Shown here piece by piece: positions 10,014 to 19,400 of a stretch of 64,000 bases of DNA. Under the pieces are notes generated by a model, which saw only the letters and a list, made by a program, of their open reading frames with translations, was not told the DNA's origin and ran no database searches. The DNA is taken from contig JALUTT010000048.1 in the NCBI GenBank assembly GCA_027021705.1, positions 64,001-128,000 on the forward strand. Reading direction: 5' to 3'. The first letter of the stretch is position 1. Every line of letters begins with the position of its first letter. The position numbers were made by a program, and so were the translations under genes. The DNA is from Anaerolineae bacterium. GTDB lineage: Bacteria; Chloroflexota; Anaerolineae; S140-20.

Positions 10014-11543
10014 ATGGCACGGATAGACCTCGTTGCGGAAGCGGAGGCGTTGCTCAAGGCGATGGACATGGGGGATATGGGACCCTCAATCTACGATGCG
10101 GCTTGGGTGGCCCGTCTGAAGGACCCGGGGAGTGGAGAACCGCTCTTCCCGGGGGTTCTGGAATGGATTCGCCAGTCCCAGCATCCCGATGGGAGCTGGG
10201 GGAGCGAAGTCGAGTACTACCCGGATCGGATTATCTCGACGCTGGCGGCCCTCGTAGCCTTGATGGAGCACAGCCCGCGCGCGGGGAATGGTCGGGCAAT
10301 TGGGCGAGGGCTGGCTTATCTGGAGAAGACGTGGCCGTTGGTTCAGGGGGTTCCCCATCTCACTGTGGGATTTGAGGTCATTGTCCCCACCTTGTTGGAG
10401 GAAGGGGGGCGGCTGGGATTACCTTTGAACGGCTGGATGACGGAGGCGCAGCGGATGCGTCTCGAGCGGTTGCGGCGGATACCGCCAACGATGATCTACT
10501 CGCCTAAAAGCACCATCTCCTTCTCGCTGGAGTTCTTGGGAGATTACCTGGATGTCGCTCGGGCGAGGGAAACTCTGTTGTTGCCCAATGGTTCCATTGC
10601 CAATGCGGTTGCCAGCACTGCTTACTTTGCCGCTCGAACTTACGAGGAGAAGACGCTGATTTATCTTGACCATCTGCTTTCTGCTCAGGGGGAGCACAAT
10701 GTTCCCTTTGTGCATCCCTTCGAAGTCTTCGAGCGGAACTGGGTGCTTTACAATCTTCATTTGGCTGGACTATTGGACCAGGTGGTCCATGCTGCTCGTC
10801 CCCACCTAATGTATCTTTACAAGGCTTGGGAGGAGGACGGCTTGAGTTTCTCTGCTGAGTGCCCGTTAAAGGATTTGGACGATACTGCGATAGGCTACTT
10901 GCTCCTGAAGTCTTATGGCTTCGATGTTGATGCTCAAGCGTTTGCTCTTTACGAGAGGGATGATTTCTTTGAATGTTATCCTTTTGAAATGCACACAAGC
11001 GTGGGCACCAATGCGCATACTCTCCACGCATTAACAGTTTTCCCTCGTAAGCAGCAAGAGGAGGTTAAGGCTAAAGTCTTCTCTTACCTTCAGTCTCAGA
11101 AGGTACAAGGAGCATATTGGTTTGACAAGTGGCATGTTTCACCTTACTATGCGACTGCTCAGGTGATCTTTGCGGTTGTCTTGCTCGAGAGGGAGTGGGT
11201 TGAGGATAGTATTCTCTGGATTGAAAGTACTCAGCGCTTGGATGGGGGATGGGGGTTCTATGGGGTATCTACGGTGGAAGAAACAGCACTGGCTTTGCAG
11301 GGGCTCTTGGCCTATGCTAATGCTGGTGGGAATGTGGCGTCGGAGGTGATCCATCGGGGTGCTTCTTTCCTTCACCGAGCTTTGGAAACCGATGCGAGAT
11401 TACCGGCGCTCTGGATTGGAAAAGGGTTGTATCGTCCTATTCATATCATTCGTTCTTCTATCCTTAGCGCTTTAGCAATGTATGAAGCTTGGTGTCCAAG
11501 GAGTCAGAAGCTGGTTGGAGGCTCAGCCTTTTCACAGGTGTGA
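10014..11543 (+). CDS. Class II diterpene cyclase (Rv3377c/copalyl-diphosphate-synthase-like)
   Basis: SIYDAAWVARL; QW-like repeats QHPDGSWG and QRLDGGWG; catalytic DxDD motif DLDDTA; WFDKWHVSPYYAT; EETALAL; LWIGKGLY. SD aaggagg before ATG 10014. Confidence 0.9.
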   Translation: MARIDLVAEAEALLKAMDMGDMGPSIYDAAWVARLKDPGSGEPLFPGVLEWIRQSQHPDGSWGSEVEYYPDRIISTLAALVALMEHSPRAGNGRAIGRGLAYLEKTWPLVQGVPHLTVGFEVIVPTLLEEGGRLGLPLNGWMTEAQRMRLERLRRIPPTMIYSPKSTISFSLEFLGDYLDVARARETLLLPNGSIANAVASTAYFAARTYEEKTLIYLDHLLSAQGEHNVPFVHPFEVFERNWVLYNLHLAGLLDQVVHAARPHLMYLYKAWEEDGLSFSAECPLKDLDDTAIGYLLLKSYGFDVDAQAFALYERDDFFECYPFEMHTSVGTNAHTLHALTVFPRKQQEEVKAKVFSYLQSQKVQGAYWFDKWHVSPYYATAQVIFAVVLLEREWVEDSILWIESTQRLDGGWGFYGVSTVEETALALQGLLAYANAGGNVASEVIHRGASFLHRALETDARLPALWIGKGLYRPIHIIRSSILSALAMYEAWCPRSQKLVGGSAFSQV

Positions 11544-11561
11544 GCATAGGAGAACCAGAAT

Positions 11562-14500
11562 ATGAGGGAGAGATTAGTAGAAGCGCTAACGGTCCAACCA
11601 GATGACCTGTTGCGGATCCGGCCATTGCTGGAAGTTATGCTTAAAGGGTTAATTGTGGCTACAGCGGCAGGTACGGTGGTTTTCGTTGGGGCTGCCGTGA
11701 TAGGTCAGCGTGGGTTCTGGGTGCTCAGCGGGCTTAACCTGCTTATGCTGATCGTGATGATTGGCATAGGGAGGCTGAACCAGCGAGGGCATACCAATGC
11801 GGCCATCCATACTCTGCTAGCAGTGATTACCCTTTACGTCACTGTAGCATCACCGCCGGGTTTCCTAGTGGCTGGACCGGAGCTAGCAGTCTATGCCGTA
11901 CCGATTACTGCTGCGGGGTTGCTGCTTACACCAGCGGCTGCGGGCTTCTGGGCGGTGATCACCACGATAGCCGCCTTGGCTCGCATGATAGTAGTCACCC
12001 TGTTCCTCGATGTGGTGGTCAGTCCCATAGCCCTCACCCTAGGGGTCATCGTGCTTTATTTGCTGGCCCTCTCCACCTGGCTCTTCGCCCGTTCCCTTCA
12101 GCAGGCCAACCGGAACCTGCGCCGGCGGATCGGGCAGATCCAGACGGGGGCCGAGATCAGCCGGGTGGTCACGGCAGCCCTCGAGCCCGGCCTGATCCAA
12201 TGGCCGGCCGTCCAGTTGATCCAGACCGGCTTCGGTTACTACCACGTCGGCTTCTACGTCCTCGACCCTGAAGGGCGTTGGGCCGTCCTCACGGAGGCGG
12301 CCGGCGAAGCTGCCGATCGTATGAAGCAGGAAGAGCATCGCCTGCCCTTGGACGGCTCTACCGTCGTCGCCGCCGCCTTCGCCCAACGGGCCCGCCAGAT
12401 GCTCGTCCTCGGCGAGGAAGGGCCATACAGCCCCAACGGACGCCCTCTTCAGCCCAACGATCGCTTCCTACCCCAGACCCGGGCGGAGTTGGCGCTGCCC
12501 CTCCAGGTGGGGGAGCGGCTCCTGGGCGTGCTGGATGTGCACAGCACCCAGCCTCTCCCCTTCCCCGACGAGGAGATCGAGGCCCTGGAGGGCATCGTGG
12601 GGCAGGTCGCCGTGGCCCTGGAGAATGCCCACCTCTTCGAGGACCTTCACCAACGCCACCAGGAGCTGCGGGAACTCCATCAGCAGACGGAGCGCCGGGC
12701 TCGCTACCTGGAGGCTACCGCCGAGTTGGCCCGGGCGGTCAGTTCGCTGCTCGATCTGCAAGCTCTGCTGGATCGGGCGGTTAACCTCATCAGCGAGCGG
12801 TTCGGCTTCTACCACGCCGGTATCTTCCTGGTGGACGAGGCCGGCGAGTGGGCCGTGCTCCAGGCGGCCAACAGCGAGGGCGGACAGCGTATGTTGGCCC
12901 GGGGGCACAAGCTGCGCGTGGGTGAGCAAGGCATCGTCGGCTGGGTCACCCACGCCGGAGAACCCCGCATTGCCCTGGACGTGGGTGAGGATGCCGTTCA
13001 CTTCGACAATCCCGACCTGCCCAACACCCGCTCGGAGATGGCTCTCCCCCTCAGGGTGGGAGACCGGGTGATCGGAGCCCTGGACATCCAGAGCACCCGA
13101 GAGGCCGCCTTCAGCGAGGAAGACGTGGCGGTCCTCCAGACTTTGGCCGACCAGATCGCCATCGCTATCGAGAATGCCCGCCTCTTCCAAGAGACCCAGA
13201 GGGCCCTGGAGGAGGTGCAGACCCTGCACCGCTACTACCTGGCCCAGGCGTGGGAGCAGTTCACCCGGCAGCGCAGAGACCTCAGCGCGGAATACCGCCG
13301 CCTGGGCGTGCCCCCTCTGGAGAGAGCGTGGTCTCCCGAAATGGAGATAGCCCTGGCTCAGGAGCGCCCTGTGGTCTTGACAGACCTGGAAGCGGAGCTA
13401 CTGGGCGGGGATGGACAGGAGGGGAATCGGGACGACGGAACCGATGGTCGCTCTGCGCTGCCGGCCCGTTCTGTCCTAGCCGTCCCCATCAAGCTGCGCG
13501 GCGAGGTAATCGGTGTCCTGGACTTGCAGGCGACAGAGGAGTCCCGCCGCTGGACCGACGAAGAGGTGGCGATGGTCGCCGCCGTGGCCGACCAGATGGC
13601 CCTGGCTCTGGAGAACGCCCGGCTTCTGGAGGCCGAGCGGGATCAGCGCCAAGTCTCCGAAGCGCTGCGGGAGGCCGCCGTGGCCCTGAGCAGCACCCTG
13701 GAGTTCGACGATCTGGTCCAACGCATCCTGGAGCAGATCAGCCGGGTCGTCCCCGGCGATGCCAGCAACCTGATGCTCATCGAGGGAGACGAGGTGCGGG
13801 TCGTGGGGCGCCGGGGTTACGAGCACTTCCAGTTTGTGGACCTCCTGCGTGAGCGCCGGGTTCCTCGGGATACCCTCAACACCCTGCGCAAGATGGCAGA
13901 GACAGGCCGTCCCGTCGTCATCCCGGACACGGCTTCCGATCCCGACTGGCGTCTCCTACCCGGTTCGGAGTGGATCCGCTCTTACGTGGGAGCGCCCATC
14001 CAGGTTCGGGGGGAGATCATCGGCCTCCTGAACGTGGATAGTGCGACACCGGGCTTTTTCACCCAGGAGCACGCTGACCGACTGGCGGCTTTCGCTGCCC
14101 AGGCAGGCATCGCCCTTCAGAACGCCCGGCTCTTCGAAGAGACCCGACGACACGCCCGTGAGGTCCGCCAGCTCTACCAGTTGGGTATGGCCCTTAGCGC
14201 CACCCTGGACCTGGAAGAAGCGCTCCAGACGGTGGCCGATGGGGCTCGGGAACTCCTCGAGGCGTCCAGCGCGGCGGTCTACTACTGGGATGAAGGGACG
14301 CAGCGTTACACCTACCGCTTTAGCCTGGGGGAGACTCACCTCGATGCCGAGGGCCTTTTCCAGGAACCCCGCCCCGGTGGGATGACCGAGACGATCCATC
14401 GTACGGGCGAGCCTGTCCTGGTCGAAGACGTCCGTCTGGATCCCCGGGTTGCCTCTCACGTCGTAGAGGCGGGGGTCCGCTCCTTCGTCGGCGTCCCCAT

Positions 14501-16373
14501 CCAGGTGGGCGGGCGTCGCATCGGTGTGGTCTTCGCCAATGGAGAGCAGCCCGGTCAGTTTGGCGAGCACGAGCAGAACCTGCTCACCTTCCTGGCCAGC
14601 CAGGCGGCCATCGCCTTGCAAAATGCCCGTCTCTTCGAGGAAGTCCAGACCCGCGCCCGCCACGAGCACGCCTTGCGCGAGATCACCGCGGTCATCAACA
14701 CCAGCGAGAGTTTGGTGGAGGAACTCCCCGTCATCGCCGGACACCTCCGGCAGTTGGTGCCCGTGGACACCCTCGCCCTGACCATCTACGTACCGGGGGA
14801 GTCCGAGTACACCCTCTTCGCCGTGGAGGTGAGCGGGGAAAGGACTCCCTTTGCCCAGAGGGGTGCCCGACTCCCGGTAGAGGGCACCGGCCCTGGGTGG
14901 GTCCTCACCCACGGCGAGCCGTGGATAGACGACGATCTCCGCCAGCAGCTTTCCTTTGTCGAGGATGAGCACGTCCTTGCCCAGGGATTGCGCTCCCGGG
15001 CGATCCTTCCCCTCCGGGTCGGCGAACGGGTCATCGGCACCCTCAACCTTGCCAGCACCCAGCCCGGGGTGTTTACCGAAACCGATCTTCCTCCCCTGCG
15101 GCTGATCGCCGGTCAGATGGCCCTGGCCCTGGAGCGGGTCCGCCTCTTCGAGGAGACTCAGCAGCGGGCCCGAGATCTGGACAAGCTCTACCAGGCGACG
15201 CGGGTCATCAGCACTGAACTGGACTTGGAGCCGCTGGCGGAGAAGCTGGCAGAAGAGGCTCGGAATCTGGTGGAGGCCCATTACAGCGGCATCCTGATCT
15301 TCCATCCCAATCCGGACCAGCCGGTCTATTTCAAGACGGCCGGCGTGGACCTCGATCGCTTCCAGTTGTCGGGTCGGCCCGAGGGCAAAGGGGTGTTGGC
15401 CGCCATCCTCGAGGGGGAGGCGGTCCGGCTGGACGACATCTCGAAGCACCCCCGTTCCGTCGGTCTGCCGCCGGAGCACTTCCCCCTCAAGCGGCTGTTG
15501 GGCTTGCCTATCGTCTACCACGGTCAGGTGCGGGGCATCTTGTTGGCAGGACGTGATGCCAATGGTGCTCCTTTCACCGAGGCGGACTTCTCCTTGCTCC
15601 AGGCTCTGGCAGCTTCGGCGGCCGTCGCCGTGGAGAATGCTCGGCTCTTCCTCAAGACCCAGGAGGCGTTGGCGGAGACGGAGGTTCTCTACCGGGCCAG
15701 CCGGGCCATCGCTGTGGCCCAGACGCCCGAGGACGTGTTGCGGGCCTTCACCGATCACATCGTCACACCGGAGATTGGCCGTTGCGTCCTGGCCCTGATA
15801 GATCCTGGCAGCCCGCCGGACCAACGGGAAGTAGAGATCGTCGCTGCGTGGGAGCCGGGGGTGGAACGACCGGCTGTGGTTGGAAACCGCTGGAACGCTT
15901 CTCAGATCCCCTTAATAGACCGGATCGGCCAGGATCCTCTGGTCATCTCCGACGTGGAGACCGCCTCAGAGATGGACGAGGTCTCCCGCCACATCTTCCT
16001 AGACATCCTGGGGATTAGGGCGTTCATCGCCATCCCCATGCTGGTCGGTGAGCGGCTGCTGGGCTGGCTGCTGGTCGAATCCCTGGAGGGGCCTTACGAG
16101 TTCAGCGAGCGGGAGAGGCGGCTCTACGAGGCCCTGGCCGGACAGGCTGCCGTCGCTCTGGAGCGCCAGCGTCTCTTCGAAGAGGCTCAGAGGCGGGCTC
16201 GCCGCGAGCGGCTGATCCGGGAGATCACCACCAAGGTGCGTGCCGCCACCGATGTGGACACGATCCTGCAGACCGCCCTTCAGGAGATCAGCCAGGCGTT
16301 AGGGACCACCCACGCGGCGATCCGCTTGGGAGTCCAAAGCCCAGAGTTTGGAAATGGAGGCTCGGAGAGGTAG
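11562..16373 (+). CDS. Large membrane sensor: ~6 TM plus 8 GAF units (one truncated) and half-GAF tail; no output domain
   Basis: Hydrophobic N-terminus, eight repeats ending in ENARLF-like motifs, C-terminus ITTKVRAATDVDTILQTALQEISQALGTTHAAIRL. Confidence 0.88.
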   Translation: MRERLVEALTVQPDDLLRIRPLLEVMLKGLIVATAAGTVVFVGAAVIGQRGFWVLSGLNLLMLIVMIGIGRLNQRGHTNAAIHTLLAVITLYVTVASPPGFLVAGPELAVYAVPITAAGLLLTPAAAGFWAVITTIAALARMIVVTLFLDVVVSPIALTLGVIVLYLLALSTWLFARSLQQANRNLRRRIGQIQTGAEISRVVTAALEPGLIQWPAVQLIQTGFGYYHVGFYVLDPEGRWAVLTEAAGEAADRMKQEEHRLPLDGSTVVAAAFAQRARQMLVLGEEGPYSPNGRPLQPNDRFLPQTRAELALPLQVGERLLGVLDVHSTQPLPFPDEEIEALEGIVGQVAVALENAHLFEDLHQRHQELRELHQQTERRARYLEATAELARAVSSLLDLQALLDRAVNLISERFGFYHAGIFLVDEAGEWAVLQAANSEGGQRMLARGHKLRVGEQGIVGWVTHAGEPRIALDVGEDAVHFDNPDLPNTRSEMALPLRVGDRVIGALDIQSTREAAFSEEDVAVLQTLADQIAIAIENARLFQETQRALEEVQTLHRYYLAQAWEQFTRQRRDLSAEYRRLGVPPLERAWSPEMEIALAQERPVVLTDLEAELLGGDGQEGNRDDGTDGRSALPARSVLAVPIKLRGEVIGVLDLQATEESRRWTDEEVAMVAAVADQMALALENARLLEAERDQRQVSEALREAAVALSSTLEFDDLVQRILEQISRVVPGDASNLMLIEGDEVRVVGRRGYEHFQFVDLLRERRVPRDTLNTLRKMAETGRPVVIPDTASDPDWRLLPGSEWIRSYVGAPIQVRGEIIGLLNVDSATPGFFTQEHADRLAAFAAQAGIALQNARLFEETRRHAREVRQLYQLGMALSATLDLEEALQTVADGARELLEASSAAVYYWDEGTQRYTYRFSLGETHLDAEGLFQEPRPGGMTETIHRTGEPVLVEDVRLDPRVASHVVEAGVRSFVGVPIQVGGRRIGVVFANGEQPGQFGEHEQNLLTFLASQAAIALQNARLFEEVQTRARHEHALREITAVINTSESLVEELPVIAGHLRQLVPVDTLALTIYVPGESEYTLFAVEVSGERTPFAQRGARLPVEGTGPGWVLTHGEPWIDDDLRQQLSFVEDEHVLAQGLRSRAILPLRVGERVIGTLNLASTQPGVFTETDLPPLRLIAGQMALALERVRLFEETQQRARDLDKLYQATRVISTELDLEPLAEKLAEEARNLVEAHYSGILIFHPNPDQPVYFKTAGVDLDRFQLSGRPEGKGVLAAILEGEAVRLDDISKHPRSVGLPPEHFPLKRLLGLPIVYHGQVRGILLAGRDANGAPFTEADFSLLQALAASAAVAVENARLFLKTQEALAETEVLYRASRAIAVAQTPEDVLRAFTDHIVTPEIGRCVLALIDPGSPPDQREVEIVAAWEPGVERPAVVGNRWNASQIPLIDRIGQDPLVISDVETASEMDEVSRHIFLDILGIRAFIAIPMLVGERLLGWLLVESLEGPYEFSERERRLYEALAGQAAVALERQRLFEEAQRRARRERLIREITTKVRAATDVDTILQTALQEISQALGTTHAAIRLGVQSPEFGNGGSER

Positions 16374-16454
16374 TCCCGGAGTCCTCGTCCTGGTGTGGTG
16401 AGCCGAGGACAAGAGTAGGAAGTTCAGAGTTCTGAGGTACAGGTGAGGGGAAAA

Positions 16455-19400
16455 ATGGCCGACTCAACCCACTCAGCCCACCCACAAGACCTCCTCGACC
16501 GGCTCCTGTCCATCGTCGCTGGGATAGACGAGGGGGAGCAGCGTGAGGCCCTGCAGCAGCCGTTGGAGGCGCTGCGGAAGGCGCTTGCCGTCTCCTCGGA
16601 TCGGAGCCGTCGCCTCTACGAGGCCAGTCGGGCGATCAGCCTGGCCGCCGATATGGCTGAGGTGGGACGGGCTCTGATGGACTTCATCGCGACCTGTGAC
16701 GTGGATGTGGGCCGGCTCTTTCTCTTCCGGGCGGATCCGTCTGGTGAGCCGGTTGAGATCGAGATGCGCGAGGGATGGAAGCGGAGCGGTGAGCCCTCTC
16801 AGGTTCCCTACGGCACCCGTTTCCCGCTGGCCGATTACCCTCTGCGTGAGGCTATGCAGCCTGACCAGGTCTTCATCTGCTCCGATGTGGGGACGGATCC
16901 CCGGTTGAATGAGACCATCCGGGCGATGATGCTCGCCTCCGAACTGCACTCCTTCATCATCGTCCCGATGACGGTGGAGAGGCGGTGGTTGGGTGCCATT
17001 CTCGTAGGACGGGAGGTCCCCTCCACGTATGATGAAGGGTTGGTCTACGCCCTCTGGACGCTGGCCGGACAGGCTGCGGCCACGCTGGAGAACCGCCAGC
17101 TCCTGGCCGACTTCCAAGGAACAGCCGAGCAGATGGTCCTGCTCAACCAAATCCTCCAGACGGCTACGACGACCCTAGACCTCCGGGAGGCCCTCGATTC
17201 CATTGCCCGACAGACGGCCCTGGCGCTGAACAGGATGTGCGGCATCTTTCTTCTCGAGGAAGATGGCGAGCACCTGCGGGTGGGCTGCTTGTGGGGACCC
17301 GATGGCCATACCCACACGTCTGAGGAGGCCCTCGTCTTCCCTCTCTCAGAGAATCCCGGTATGGAGGCAGCCGTTCGGGAGCAGAAGACCCAGGTCCTTG
17401 ACCAGGTTCAGACCCGTGCCCGGGGAACAGCCCGCCACCTGGCCCAACTCTCCCGGGCGGAGACGGCCGTCTACGCCCCCTTGCTGACCCGAGAGCGTGT
17501 GGTGGGGGTGCTGGAGGTCTCCGCCCCCGTCGGCCATCCCCCCTTCACGCCGGAGCAGATCGGCACGGTCTCCACCATTGCCCGCCAGATGGGTATCGTG
17601 GTGCAGAATGCTCGACTCTTCCAGGAAACCCAGGCCGCTCTGGAGGAGACAGACCTGCTCCTGGAGACCAGCCGGGCCCTGGCCCTCGCCCTGACCCCCC
17701 AGGAGGTGGCCGATCTCCTGGCAGAGCGCTTGATGGCCACAGGCGTTGACCGTTGTAGCGTGGTTCTCTGCGATACCTACGGAGAGGATGGGCTCCCTCA
17801 GTGGGCGGAGGTGATGGCCATCGGCGACGTGGACCCGGAGAGGCGAAAGCTGGGCCTGCACTACCGCTATCCCATCGAAACCTACCCTACGATACAGAAG
17901 TTCCTCCGTGCTCCAGAAGCCTTCGTGGTGACCGATGTGCGCACCGATCCCCGCCTCACCGAGGAGGAGCGAATCTATATGGAAAATATCGGGGGGGTGG
18001 CTTTCATCGCCGTCCCGATGGTGCGCCGGGGACAGGTCCTGGGCTACATCTTCGCCGAACACAGCCATCCCTATACCTTCAGTCAGCGGGAGCTTTCCCT
18101 GTACCAGGCGATGGCCGATCAGGCAGCCGTGACGCTGGCCAACATGCGTCTCTTCGAGCGGGTTCAGCAAGGGTGGCGCGAGACCGAGGTCCTCTATCAG
18201 GTTGGCCGCTCCTTGGTCGCTGCCTCTTCCTTGGAGGAACTGCTGGAGTGTGCGGCCCAACCGGCCATCGAGGCAGGGGCGTCGGCCGCCAGCCTCTACC
18301 TCTTCGACCCGAATGAGGCGGAGCAACCGGAGTGGGGCATCCTGGCCGCCCACTGGCAGCGCGAGGGTGATCCTCCCTTCCCCGTGGGTACTCGGCTCTA
18401 CTTGGCCGATTTCCCCTTCACCCAGCTCTTCCTGGCGGATCCCCAGACCCCTTACCTGATCGGGGATATGGAGGCGGCCGAGCAGGTGGATGAGACTACC
18501 CGGGATGTGGCCCTGCAACTGGGGGTGCGAGCGCTGGTTGTCATCCCCTTGGTGACCCGGGAGCGTCGGATTGGTATCCTGGCCATTCCCTGGGATGAGC
18601 CCCACCAATTCAGTGAGGAAGAGGAGCGGCTCTATCGGGCGCTGGGACCGTTGGCAGCGCCGGTCACGGAGAGCTTGCGCCTACTGGAGGACACACGGCG
18701 TCGGGCACTCCAGTTCCAGACCGTGACGGAGGTTGCCCAGGCGGCCAGTACCATCCTGAACCTGGATGAGTTGCTCTCCCAGTCGGTGGAGTTGATCAGG
18801 GAGCGCTTTGACCTCTACTATGCCGGTATCTTCCTGGTGGATGAATACGGGCAGTGGGCGGTGCTGCGGGCGGGCACCGGCGAGGCCGGCCGGGCGCAGA
18901 TCGAGGCCGGTCACCGGCTGGAGGTGGGGGGCAACTCGATGATCGGCTGGTGCACGGCCCACGGAAAGCCCCGGGTAGCCCTAGACGTGGGGAAGGAGGC
19001 CGTGCGCTTTGAGAACCCCTACCTGCCCGATACCCGCTCGGAGATGGCCCTGCCCCTCATCAGCCGGGGGCAGGTGATCGGTGCGATGACCATCCAGTCC
19101 ACCCAGGTCGCTGCCTTCACCGACGAGGATGTCACAATCCTCCAGGCTCTGGCCGACCAGTTGGCCGCGGCCATTCAGAATGCCCGTCTCTTCGAGCAGA
19201 CCCAGCAGGCCCTGCAGGAGGTCAGCCGGGTTCACCAGCGTTACATCCGTGAGGCCTGGGAGGAGTACACAGCCCATCGTCAGCGTCCGACAGGCTACTT
19301 CCTGGGCCCCGACGGCATCACGGCTGCCGACGTCTGGCGACCGGAGATGGCCTTGGCGGTGGAGCGGGAGGACCTGCTGATCCTCTCCGAGGCCGACGAC

